Below the pieces are notes generated by a model. It searched no databases and was not told the origin of the DNA. It saw only the letters and a program-made list of their open reading frames with translations. Positions 1 to 8,562 of a stretch of 43,179 nt of DNA are shown here, one piece after another. The position numbers were made by a program, and so were the translations under genes. Position 1 is the first letter of the stretch. Every line of letters begins with the position of its first letter. Source of the DNA: a virus (taxonomy: Duplodnaviria > Heunggongvirae > Uroviricota > Caudoviricetes); IMG/VR virus record IMGVR_UViG_2561511241_000008, positions 1-43,179 of that record, one strand, 5' to 3'.

Positions 1-933
1 ATGGACAACGACAAAATTGATCAACACAGCGACGAAATTGAAGTTGAGAGCGAAGAAAAAGAGCGCGGCAAAAAAATAGAAATAGATGAAGACCGACTCC
101 CCTCCCGGGCGATGGCAATTCATGAGCATATCCGCCAGGATGGTGAAAAAGAGCTGGAACGCGACGCAATGGCGCTACTGTGGTCAGCCATTGCGGCGGG
201 TCTGTCGATGGGCGCTTCGTTACTGGCAAAAGGGATATTTCATGTCGAACTGGAAGGTGTGCCGGGCAGCTTCTTGCTGGAGAATCTCGGTTATACCTTT
301 GGTTTTATTATCGTCATTATGGCCCGCCAGCAATTATTTACCGAAAATACCGTGACTGCGGTACTACCCGTCATGCAAAAACCGACAATGAGCAACGTCG
401 GCTTACTTATACGGTTATGGGGCGTCGTGCTGCTGGGTAATATTCTCGGGACAGGTATTGCGGCGTGGGCATTTGAATATATGCCTATCTTCAATGAAGA
501 AACTCGCGATGCATTTGTCAAAATCGGCATGGATGTGATGAAGAACACCCCCAGCGAGATGTTTGCCAACGCGATCATTTCCGGCTGGCTGATCGCCACT
601 ATGGTTTGGATGTTTCCTGCAGCGGGTGCGGCAAAGATTGTGGTGATTATATTGATGACCTGGCTTATTGCCCTGGGTGACACCACCCATATCGTGGTCG
701 GTTCTGTTGAAATCCTCTATCTGGTGTTTAACGGTACGCTGCACTGGAGCGATTTCATCTGGCCCTTCGCACTACCTACTTTAGCGGGGAACATCTGCGG
801 CGGCACCTTTATCTTCGCGTTAATGAGTCATGCACAGATTCGTAACGACATGAGCAATAAGCGTAAAGCAGAAGCACGCCAAAAAGCAGAACGTGCGGAA
901 AACATTAAGAAAAATTATAAAAACCCGGCATAA
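1..933 (+). CDS. yfdC: Formate/nitrite-transporter-family inner membrane protein YfdC (chromosomal flank)
   Basis: 310-aa ORF, multi-pass hydrophobic profile, recalled as E. coli YfdC which lies beside argW; stop TAA at 931-933. Confidence 0.8.
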   Translation: MDNDKIDQHSDEIEVESEEKERGKKIEIDEDRLPSRAMAIHEHIRQDGEKELERDAMALLWSAIAAGLSMGASLLAKGIFHVELEGVPGSFLLENLGYTFGFIIVIMARQQLFTENTVTAVLPVMQKPTMSNVGLLIRLWGVVLLGNILGTGIAAWAFEYMPIFNEETRDAFVKIGMDVMKNTPSEMFANAIISGWLIATMVWMFPAAGAAKIVVIILMTWLIALGDTTHIVVGSVEILYLVFNGTLHWSDFIWPFALPTLAGNICGGTFIFALMSHAQIRNDMSNKRKAEARQKAERAENIKKNYKNPA

Positions 934-1008
934 ATGGCGAGGGTTTAAGCAATCGAGCGGCAGCGTACTTACCCCGCACTCCATTAGCGGGTATACTCAT
1001 GCCGCATT

Positions 1009-1083
1009 GTCCTCTTAGTTAAATGGATATAACGAGCCCCTCCTAAGGGCTAATTGCAGGTTCGATTCCTGCAGGGGACACCA
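1009..1083 (+). tRNA. argW: tRNA-Arg (anticodon CCU)
   Basis: 75-nt cloverleaf read by eye: acceptor stem GTCCTCT/AGGGGAC, anticodon loop CTCCTAA, T-loop GGTTCGATTCC, 3' CCA. Confidence 0.9.
1054..1069. repeat. 16-bp segment of argW T-arm (TTGCAGGTTCGATTCC), copy 1 of 2
   Basis: exact 16/16 match to 42944-42959. Confidence 0.8.
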
Positions 1084-1244
1084 TTTATCAGTTCGCTCCC
1101 ATCCGTACCAGTCCGCAAAATCCCCTGAATATCAAGCCTTCCGTAGATTCACAGTTCGTAATGGTTCGCGTCAGATCGTTGACAGCCGCACTCCATGACG
1201 GGTAAAAAGTGGATAAAATAATTTTACCCACCGGATTTTTACCC

Positions 1245-2393
1245 ATGCTCACCGTTAAGCAGATTGAAGCAGCAAAGCCGAAAGAAAAACCATACCGCCT
1301 TCTCGATGGTAATGGCCTGTACCTTTATGTCCCTGTATCCGGGAAAAAGGTATGGCAGCTTCGCTACAAGATTGACGGTAAGGAGAAAATCCTTACCGTC
1401 GGAAAATATCCGCTTATGACTTTGCAGGAGGCAAGGGATAAAGCATGGACTGCGAGGAAAGACATCTCGGTTGGCATCGATCCGGTAAAAGCGAAAAAGG
1501 CTTCGTCTAACAACAACTCCTTTAGCGCCATTTACAAGGAATGGTACGAGCACAAGAAGCAAGTCTGGTCAGTAGGGTATGCGACTGAACTTGCAAAAAT
1601 GTTTGATGACGACATTTTACCTATCATCGGCGGCCTTGAAATTCAGGATATTGAGCCGATGCAACTGCTGGAAGTAATCCGCAGATTTGAAGATCGCGGT
1701 GCAATGGAGCGAGCAAATAAAGCCCGCAGAAGATGCGGTGAGGTTTTCCGTTACGCTATTGTCACTGGTAGGGCTAAATATAACCCGGCACCTGACCTTG
1801 CTGACGCCATGAAGGGATACCGCAAGAAGAACTTCCCGTTTCTTCCTGCAGACCAGATCCCGGCATTCAACAAAGCACTGGCTACATTTTCAGGAAGTAT
1901 CGTATCGCTCATTGCGACCAAAGTTTTACGCTACACAGCCCTCAGAACAAAAGAGCTTCGTTCCATGCAATGGAAGAACGTCGATTTTGAAAACAGGATT
2001 ATCACCATAGACGCCAATGTGATGAAGGGACGCAAGATTCATGTGGTTCCGATGTCGGACCAGGTAGTTGAACTTCTCACTACGCTAAGCTCCATCACTA
2101 AACCAGTATCAGAGTTTGTTTTTGCCGGACGCAACGATAAGAAGAAGCCAATCTGCGAGAACGCGGTATTGCTTGTGATCAAACAAATCGGCTATGAGGG
2201 TCTGGAAAGCGGTCACGGATTCAGGCATGAATTCAGCACGATTATGAACGAGCACGAATGGCCCGCTGATGCCATTGAGAAGCAACTGGCGCACGCTAAC
2301 AGCGGCTCCATTCGTGGGATATACAATCACGCTCAGTACATGGATAAGCGCCGGGAGATGATGCAGTGGTGGGCTGATTGGATTGATGAGTAG
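1245..2393 (+). CDS. intS: Tyrosine integrase, P4/KplE1 IntS-like
   Basis: ORF 1209-2393; N-terminus MLTVKQIEAAKPKEKPYRLLDGNGLYLYV typical of tRNA-associated P4-family integrases; ATG at 1245 preferred over GTG at 1209. Confidence 0.9.
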   Translation: MLTVKQIEAAKPKEKPYRLLDGNGLYLYVPVSGKKVWQLRYKIDGKEKILTVGKYPLMTLQEARDKAWTARKDISVGIDPVKAKKASSNNNSFSAIYKEWYEHKKQVWSVGYATELAKMFDDDILPIIGGLEIQDIEPMQLLEVIRRFEDRGAMERANKARRRCGEVFRYAIVTGRAKYNPAPDLADAMKGYRKKNFPFLPADQIPAFNKALATFSGSIVSLIATKVLRYTALRTKELRSMQWKNVDFENRIITIDANVMKGRKIHVVPMSDQVVELLTTLSSITKPVSEFVFAGRNDKKKPICENAVLLVIKQIGYEGLESGHGFRHEFSTIMNEHEWPADAIEKQLAHANSGSIRGIYNHAQYMDKRREMMQWWADWIDE

Positions 2394-2397
2394 ATTC

Positions 2398-4101
2398 TTA
2401 TACAACTTTCCATTGCGCATCGCCGATCAGCCACGCATCAAACAAGCTCATATATCGAGCTCGCAAACGACAGACCTTGTAATCTTCCCCTACACCATCC
2501 AATGAGATCGGTTTACCCAAAAATGTAAGAGAGGTTAAATTTCTTCCCCGTAATATCAACTCGATTTCCTGCCCGTCATAAGCCTGCCCCTGAGTGGTAA
2601 TGTTTGCCCCGTTGGTTACTGGGATGTAAAACGAACTATGGCCGCTTCTTACCGGAACTGGTGCTGGTAATGTAATTGTGCGAATGTCATTTTCCAGACC
2701 ACTCACTACAGCACCACTCACATCACCGATTAGGGCGGTTAGGCGGTCGCGCTTATGCTCAATTGTTAAGCCTGAGTTGCTGCTGTCTGCATCATAAAAG
2801 CCAGTTGAACGATCTCCGCGTAGGTTTACGTTCATCACACGGCAGCCTGATGTGTTTTTTGCTCTGATGCAAACAGTGCCGCTTGTAGATGAGTGATGAG
2901 AACTGCTTACTAAAGCTCCCCTGGATGATGATAGATTGATATCCGCAATTTTACATGCCTCGTAATATGTATTCCCCATTAGCTCTGTTCCTATGGCCCC
3001 GTGATCCATAGTTCCATATCGTTCACAGTTCTGTATAAAACCACCATCTAAAACTACCGCCGTAGTGTTAAACGTTGTCGAATTATCGACATCAATTCCA
3101 TTCAACCCGTTTCTTATCACTAGGCCATAGTCAGGGAGGACGCCGCCTGGGTCACTACTGTATAAATTGGGATTGAGGATCTTGCAGGCATTAGCGCCAT
3201 TCTGATAGATAAGCCTCGTAGAGGCTGTCCCACCATTCATTATTTCTGGATTGTCATTTTTAAGCCCGTAGCAAAGCAAGCCAACTCTCATGCCAACGCA
3301 GTCCCGGCCTAACTGCATATCTACCCACAATCCAAAAATGCCCGAGTTATTACGGCATTTGATTAAATCAATTCCGACAACTCCAGCCTTTCCGTTAAAA
3401 TCAATTCGAGGGTTATGCACCTGTATATTTCTAATATAATCAGTGCCAGCAACAGCTGGATCAGCTTTAAATAGCGTAATATTGTCTCTATTTGCATAAA
3501 AAATAGCGTCTCTTGACTGATGGATCGTTGTATTCCCGTAATAGTAATATGTTGCATCTACCGGATAAATTCCTGGCATGAAATAAATATCTCCACCAGA
3601 GCTCAGTAGCGACTGAATATCCGAGTGAGAATAACTTGGCTCAATGATAACGGCAGATCGGGTTAGTTTTTTTGGAGCGTAGTCATCATAGATGCTTTGC
3701 CCACCCCATGAACTCCCTACTAATTTGTCCCCTCCAGAAGATGCCAATCTCTTCTCAAACTGATCAGGATCATACTTCAGCACATTCGGAAAATAGAACT
3801 GCTGCACACCGTACGCATCATAAACAGCCATAGAATGGCCCTGTACAGTAACGAATTTGGCAATCTGCCCGTTATATACAGGATATCCAGCCGCATTGAT
3901 AACTATTGGCTGTGAGACGGCAATATGAGAACCGTCTTCGCTCCTTACATAAACCGGAATCTGGTTTTCTGAATTTACCGGATCAGTATCAATCTTTCCG
4001 ATATAAATTTTGCCATTAGCTACAGCTTTAAAAGAACGCGCCATAGTGAAGAGTTGCGAAGGCATACTCACTACAACATTGGCATTTATTGAATCTGTCA
4101 T
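2398..4101 (-). CDS. Tailspike protein (P22 gp9-like N-terminal head-binding domain, divergent receptor-binding body)
   Basis: N-terminus MTDxxANVVVSxP...[21 protein letters not shown]...VTVQGHSMA matches P22 tailspike head-binding domain; ATG at 4099-4101 preferred over 4137. Confidence 0.85.
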   Translation of the reverse strand: MTDSINANVVVSMPSQLFTMARSFKAVANGKIYIGKIDTDPVNSENQIPVYVRSEDGSHIAVSQPIVINAAGYPVYNGQIAKFVTVQGHSMAVYDAYGVQQFYFPNVLKYDPDQFEKRLASSGGDKLVGSSWGGQSIYDDYAPKKLTRSAVIIEPSYSHSDIQSLLSSGGDIYFMPGIYPVDATYYYYGNTTIHQSRDAIFYANRDNITLFKADPAVAGTDYIRNIQVHNPRIDFNGKAGVVGIDLIKCRNNSGIFGLWVDMQLGRDCVGMRVGLLCYGLKNDNPEIMNGGTASTRLIYQNGANACKILNPNLYSSDPGGVLPDYGLVIRNGLNGIDVDNSTTFNTTAVVLDGGFIQNCERYGTMDHGAIGTELMGNTYYEACKIADINLSSSRGALVSSSHHSSTSGTVCIRAKNTSGCRVMNVNLRGDRSTGFYDADSSNSGLTIEHKRDRLTALIGDVSGAVVSGLENDIRTITLPAPVPVRSGHSSFYIPVTNGANITTQGQAYDGQEIELILRGRNLTSLTFLGKPISLDGVGEDYKVCRLRARYMSLFDAWLIGDAQWKVV

Positions 4102-4158
4102 TTGATTTGCTCCAGATACAAGGAATGGCCGCAGCATGGCTACGGTGAATTTTGGGCA

Positions 4159-4183
4159 TAAAAAAACCCAGCCGAAGCTGGGT
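4159..4183 (-). terminator. Intrinsic terminator between ant and tailspike
   Basis: hairpin CCCAGC-CGAA-GCTGGG followed on minus strand by U-run (plus-strand A7). Confidence 0.6.
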
Positions 4184-4201
4184 CGTTGCGTTGGTTATCT
4201 G

Positions 4202-5104
4202 TCAGTAGTTATGTACTGAAGGAGGTAATTCTTTATTCTTAAGTCTTATCCATGCGGAAAGATTCGTTGGTCCGTCTGGCTCATTGATATCAACATCTCG
4301 TGTGTGATTAATTAAAACATCTCTCGCCATTCCGATAACATACGAGAATTCATGACCGTAGTCGTAGCATCTGCCGGAATAGTTCGATTGAATTTGTTTT
4401 AGCGCCGGATACAGTTCGCGGAATAATGCCTGTGAGCGGTTGGCATAATCCCATAACCATACAAGGCTGTTTGCTTCTTTTGCAGAAAGCTCGTTGGTTT
4501 TCTTCTCTTGTTTGCCGATGAATTCGCCTTCAAGCACTACCCTGTGGATGTACTCTACGGCTTGCGGTATCTGAGATGCATCAAGCTCTTCAATACTTTC
4601 CACATTGAAACGCTGATGAATCATTGCATAAGCTTCTGGGTACATTAGATGCTTTTTGCTGACCAGCATATTTACAGCATCACGAAGCGGAGTCCTGTCA
4701 TCAACAGATGTTTTCTTACGTGCATTTTCTGCCTCTCCCTTTGTCCAGTAGTCATGCAGCACAGTAAAGCATTCTTCCTGGTACTGAATCAGTTTATCGC
4801 GGATGTCAGCACGAACTTTCTCAGGGTTGATGCTGAACAGCCATCCATTTAACTTCTTCAAAGGAAGGCAGAGTAGCTTACGAAGCTTACCATCAGCGGC
4901 AACCATATTCATATGAATACAGTTGAACTTATCTAGTTGTTTCATAAGTTTCTGTTGCTGAGTACCCCAGCTCATTCCGAGGTTTTCAACGATTGGCTTC
5001 ATCGCAACATATGCAACTCCGGCAGCCATGGCGGTTAAAATCTGCTGACCATTGAAAGGCACGTAAGAGGTGTTCACTGCTTCTAAAATTGCTATACTAT
5101 TCAT
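4202..5104 (-). CDS. ant: Antirepressor Ant (P22 immI)
   Basis: [25 protein letters not shown]... matches P22 Ant N-terminus; sits downstream of arc. Confidence 0.85.
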   Translation of the reverse strand: MNSIAILEAVNTSYVPFNGQQILTAMAAGVAYVAMKPIVENLGMSWGTQQQKLMKQLDKFNCIHMNMVAADGKLRKLLCLPLKKLNGWLFSINPEKVRADIRDKLIQYQEECFTVLHDYWTKGEAENARKKTSVDDRTPLRDAVNMLVSKKHLMYPEAYAMIHQRFNVESIEELDASQIPQAVEYIHRVVLEGEFIGKQEKKTNELSAKEANSLVWLWDYANRSQALFRELYPALKQIQSNYSGRCYDYGHEFSYVIGMARDVLINHTRDVDINEPDGPTNLSAWIRLKNKELPPSVHNY

Positions 5105-5166
5105 GTTGGTTTTTCTCCACGGATTTACCGACAACCGAAGCCCTGACTGTTACCGCAGTTGGGGCT

Positions 5167-5388
5167 TCACTGTTTTTGTAAGTCACTGTAGCTATAAAGC
5201 CACTGACCACTCATTTTTGATTTGATTGACTCTACTGAGTCACGGCAAGGAATGATTCCGCCTGACATCATTCTGATCTCCGTAAATTCACCACTCCTTA
5301 TCGATTCAATGCCATCAATGTTAACTAAAGATTTACCTCTACCAAGTGCATTCTCATAGCCAATCTCATCAACCTCAATAAACCTCAT
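5167..5388 (-). CDS. Hypothetical 73-aa protein between arc and ant
   Basis: ORF start overlaps arc stop (ATGA); no recognised homolog. Confidence 0.4.
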   Translation of the reverse strand: MRFIEVDEIGYENALGRGKSLVNIDGIESIRSGEFTEIRMMSGGIIPCRDSVESIKSKMSGQWLYSYSDLQKQ

Positions 5389-5543
5389 ACCGTTATCCCC
5401 TCTCTCTTCAGGCTGTCCAACACTCGCTTGTAAATCTCAGAGTTAACAGATCGCCCGTTCTCTTCAGCTACCTTGCGCACCAAATCCAATACTTCTTTAG
5501 GCCACCGCAAATTGAACTGAGGCATTTTTCTTGCACCTTGCAT
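5385..5543 (-). CDS. arc: Arc repressor (ribbon-helix-helix)
   Basis: translation MQGARKMPQFNLRWPKEVLDLVRKVAEENGRSVNSEIYKRVLDSLKREGITV closely matches P22 Arc; below ORF-track length cutoff; alternative in-frame start at 5564. Confidence 0.8.
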   Translation of the reverse strand: MQGARKMPQFNLRWPKEVLDLVRKVAEENGRSVNSEIYKRVLDSLKREGITV

Positions 5544-5564
5544 ATTCAACTCCATTTCACTCAT

Positions 5565-5636
5565 TGATAGTACCGTGCTACTATTGAAAGCGTACTACTA
5601 CCGTTCTAGCATGTCAACAAATAAAAGGAGAACGAC
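5565..5636. promoter_or_regulatory. Divergent Pant/Pmnt region with Arc-operator-like palindrome
   Basis: imperfect palindrome ATAGTA-N6-TACTAT at 5567-5584; minus-strand TTGACA (5612-5617) 17 bp from TACGCT; plus-strand TTGAAA (5584-5589) 17 bp from TAGCAT (5607-5612). Confidence 0.5.
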
Positions 5637-5879
5637 GTGGCTAGAAATGATCCACAATTCAACGTAAGAATGCCTGATGAGATAAAACAGCAACTTACGC
5701 ATATTGCTGCAACAAATCGCCGCTCGATAAACGCAGAGATTATTTCAGCTATCGAACTATGGATAAAAATTCATAAAGGGCAGCTAATACCTTCAAGTAG
5801 TCGAATCCTGACAAAGTCTGAGCAAGAGGCGTTTGATGTAGCTATTGATGTGTTAAAACGTGTAAGAGATGGAGGATAA
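5637..5879 (+). CDS. mnt: Mnt repressor (ribbon-helix-helix)
   Basis: MARNDPQFNVRMP... resembles P22 Mnt N-terminus; GTG start with AGGAG 6 nt upstream. Confidence 0.75.
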   Translation: MARNDPQFNVRMPDEIKQQLTHIAATNRRSINAEIISAIELWIKIHKGQLIPSSSRILTKSEQEAFDVAIDVLKRVRDGG

Positions 5880-5881
5880 CC

Positions 5882-6115
5882 ATGGAGCAACAACAAGGGT
5901 CGCCATTATCATTGATTATTATGGTGATTTTTTTCGTTTTTATCTTTTTTATACCTGCGTTAAAAATATCCAAAAAGGCCGGGTTTGACTGGAAGATGGC
6001 TGTATGTTTAACAATCCCTGGCTTTAACGTGGTGGCGTGGCTCGCGCTTGCGTTCATGGATTGGCCAATTCACAAGTATCTACCAAAAGATGTGAATCGT
6101 AAGGATGCAAAATGA
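5882..6115 (+). CDS. Small membrane protein (two predicted TM helices), mnt operon
   Basis: 77 aa, hydrophobic stretches LIIMVIFFVFIFFIPAL and VVAWLALAFMDW; immediately follows mnt. Confidence 0.5.
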   Translation: MEQQQGSPLSLIIMVIFFVFIFFIPALKISKKAGFDWKMAVCLTIPGFNVVAWLALAFMDWPIHKYLPKDVNRKDAK

Positions 6116-6321
6116 ATAAAAAACAGTTTATTAAGTCAAAAACGTCAAGCAAGGAAGAATTAGAGAAGGAGCTAAACTCCCTGAAATATGCTCTGTGTCT
6201 GGTTTACTCAAGACTGCCAATGGAAGATAAAAACGCCATTTACAATGAAATGATTAGCAGCCTTGATTTTAACGATAGAGACCTAGCATCCCACCTCAAC
6301 AGCTTCCGCGTCCCTGAGTAA
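6112..6321 (+). CDS. Hypothetical 69-aa protein
   Basis: ORF overlapping the stop of the preceding gene (ATGA). Confidence 0.4.
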   Translation: MNKKQFIKSKTSSKEELEKELNSLKYALCLVYSRLPMEDKNAIYNEMISSLDFNDRDLASHLNSFRVPE

Positions 6322-6481
6322 TTCTGTTGCGGATTTGCTTCTTGCGGTGGTTTAAGCTGGAGAGCTTGGCTTCTGCTTCTGATATTTGCGCATCTAGATC
6401 TTTAAGCTCAAGATCTGAAAGTCGCTGGTCAAGCAGGGTTTGGTTCAACTCAATGTTGTTCAGGCGTTCTTCTATGGTCAT
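6296..6481 (-). CDS. Hypothetical small coiled-coil protein
   Basis: MTIEERLNNIELNQTLLDQRL... with AAGGAG 6 nt upstream of ATG at 6481. Confidence 0.4.
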   Translation of the reverse strand: MTIEERLNNIELNQTLLDQRLSDLELKDLDAQISEAEAKLSSLNHRKKQIRNRITQGRGSC

Positions 6482-6622
6482 GATTTCTCCTTGTTGAGGT
6501 TGATGTGAAACGATTGATTGTATACGCACTCTTTTGTTAGCTAGTAGCTTTGCTTAATCGCAAGATAAAGTTTCTGATTAATCCCTAAAAATCAAAAAAT
6601 AAAGTTAAAACAGGTACATGAT

Positions 6623-6826
6623 ATGGAATGGATCATAGGATTTGTTGTTCTTATCTTCATAGCCAGTATGTTTAAACCAAGAAGTTGCGATATCTGTGGT
6701 GCTGGATTTAAGAAAAAGTACTTCACATGGACTATCGATGGAAAGAAACAGCATCTTTGTCCGTACTGCAACAGTAAAATGGAGAGACGCAACAGCGATA
6801 GGCGCTTTAAGGATCGATTTGGTTAA
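6623..6826 (+). CDS. Small membrane-anchored zinc-ribbon protein
   Basis: N-terminal TM helix plus CDIC...CPYC (two CxxC pairs). Confidence 0.5.
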   Translation: MEWIIGFVVLIFIASMFKPRSCDICGAGFKKKYFTWTIDGKKQHLCPYCNSKMERRNSDRRFKDRFG

Positions 6827-6842
6827 CCATTTTATCTCCAAC

Positions 6843-6868
6843 AAAAAACCCACCTGACGGTGGGTTTT
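6843..6868. terminator. Bidirectional intrinsic terminator
   Basis: A6-ACCCACC-TGAC-GGTGGGT-T4 between convergent genes. Confidence 0.65.
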
Positions 6869-6869
6869 A

Positions 6870-7292
6870 TTAGTGCTTGTATAGCTTGAACTCCCTGTCG
6901 AGCCATAAGACATAAAAAGTGGCTCCTATCTTATAACCAACCATAGGTGCCTTAGAGCAAAATCTGAACGCAATGAAATCCACATCTTGAGTAACATGCT
7001 TAGGAATCGGAGCCTTTATCGCGTTTCTGGCAATTTTTTCCGTCCCAAGCCCGTGTTTATCAGATTTTCGTATCTCATCCCATGACATCTGACTTAACCT
7101 GAACAGCCTATCTGCAAATGCTGCCTTTTCATGCTTTTGGCAGCAATCTAGGCAATACCCCTTTTGTAGGTATCTAAGAGAAAATACAGGCGGACTTTTG
7201 TCTACATCATGAGATTCGTGATGGATAGAGAGGCCAACAGTAGCAGAGCTCTCTTTATCCCTCTGTTTTATTCTTCCCTTAACTCTAGACAT
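6870..7292 (-). CDS. Candidate toxin partner of the Panacea-domain gene
   Basis: 140 aa, starts 5 nt after upstream gene stop; C-terminal ...YVLWLDREFKLYKH; no confident family assignment. Confidence 0.5.
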   Translation of the reverse strand: MSRVKGRIKQRDKESSATVGLSIHHESHDVDKSPPVFSLRYLQKGYCLDCCQKHEKAAFADRLFRLSQMSWDEIRKSDKHGLGTEKIARNAIKAPIPKHVTQDVDFIAFRFCSKAPMVGYKIGATFYVLWLDREFKLYKH

Positions 7293-7297
7293 ACACG

Positions 7298-7741
7298 TCA
7301 GTTAATTAACGTTTTGAAAAAACCTTTCATAGAATCAAGTGTGATTTCTTGGCTAACCGCACCCTCAATGTAAGCATCTTTCCATGGCTGCTCTTCGTGA
7401 GTCATATTGCGCAGTTTCCAGGCAGAAAACTGACCATAAACTTTATACACCTCATCCAGCAATTCAATTTCATCTTCACTGAATTTTTTAGCGTCAAAGT
7501 TTTCTGGCGCAGGTAAAGCTCCGTTACCACAGTCCCTATATTTACGATACAATTCAGGAACTACTGGCCCATGCATCCAGGCTTCAATTTTCTCATTAAA
7601 TAGCGGCTTACCCAGAAGAACCAGAGAAAACCCTTGGGCATAATACGTCAACTTCTGAATTTTTAGGTTAGAGATAATGTCGCCACTTTCTTCATCGCAA
7701 TGCGCCAAGAAGTAGTCGGCGACATCAAAACAAGTGAGCAT
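7298..7741 (-). CDS. DUF4065/Panacea-domain protein (SocA/GepA-like antitoxin-type)
   Basis: motifs KIQKLTYYAQGFSL and WMHGPVVPELY characteristic of DUF4065; GGAGG 7 nt before ATG at 7741. Confidence 0.7.
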   Translation of the reverse strand: MLTCFDVADYFLAHCDEESGDIISNLKIQKLTYYAQGFSLVLLGKPLFNEKIEAWMHGPVVPELYRKYRDCGNGALPAPENFDAKKFSEDEIELLDEVYKVYGQFSAWKLRNMTHEEQPWKDAYIEGAVSQEITLDSMKGFFKTLIN

Positions 7742-8115
7742 AAACATACCTCCATCTTGATAGCCGCAGCTATGTATACAACTGTGTCAAGTTGCATTTA
7801 ATACCATAACAAAGCTGTCATCAATCCTTCAGAGGCTAACTTACAACCACTTTCTCGACACGTTTAAATCATTACGTTTCACATTTACTGCATTTTCGCC
7901 GAAGTTACCTATAAGGTAATGTCACATTTCCTGCAAGTTTCATGCAATGTTGAAAAGTGAGCTATTCACTTTTCTATGACACTAAACACCAAAAATAGCA
8001 CTTTTTGCTAAATCATTAGTCCAAGTTGTGGATGGTTTGTCGTTGACACGTTTTCACACACCACTCCACCAATACAGTATCATCTGGTATCCTGCTCAAA
8101 ACTAAGGAGGTTGGT

Positions 8116-8538
8116 GTGTTTGGTATATTAACGAGAAGCAAGATAAAAAAATTAAGGGCAGAACTCGCCGAAACACAAAAACTGGCTTCACATTTTTACA
8201 AAATGAAATACGACGCTGAAGAGCGTGCATTCGTTGAGTTATGCGATTTATCTATTCGTATGGGAGTAGAGCCAGATGTAGCGGCAAAAACTCAACAAGG
8301 CATTGATATACTTGCAGATGTTGTTTTAAACAGGCAATATGCGTTTTATCTAAACGAGAAGGCCATTCAGATTTACTCGCAAATCTTCCTCCTGGAAAAA
8401 AGAAGAGGAACTCACGATCGAGAAGAGTGGTTAAATGAAGTTGTTAAAAAATCTGGCTGGGAAGTTGTTTCATCAGAACTACCTCTTATTTGTGCTGATT
8501 TAATCGAAGAGGCAAAAGAGCGCCTATCCGATGGCTAG
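8116..8538 (+). CDS. Hypothetical 140-aa protein (position equivalent to P22 sieA region)
   Basis: GTG start with AGGAGG 5 nt upstream; convergent with gp16-like gene. Confidence 0.5.
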   Translation: MFGILTRSKIKKLRAELAETQKLASHFYKMKYDAEERAFVELCDLSIRMGVEPDVAAKTQQGIDILADVVLNRQYAFYLNEKAIQIYSQIFLLEKRRGTHDREEWLNEVVKKSGWEVVSSELPLICADLIEEAKERLSDG

Positions 8539-8562
8539 ACGAATCCATCCGTGGATTACTAA

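Noticed and set aside
86-744. Several overlapping ORFs on both strands within yfdC
   Set aside because: All lie inside the 310-aa transporter ORF, which has a coherent membrane-protein sequence; alternatives are out of frame and arginine-rich.
1209-1244. GTG at 1209 as the integrase start
   Set aside because: The ATG at 1245 gives the N-terminus typical of this integrase family; the upstream 12 codons are probably untranslated leader.
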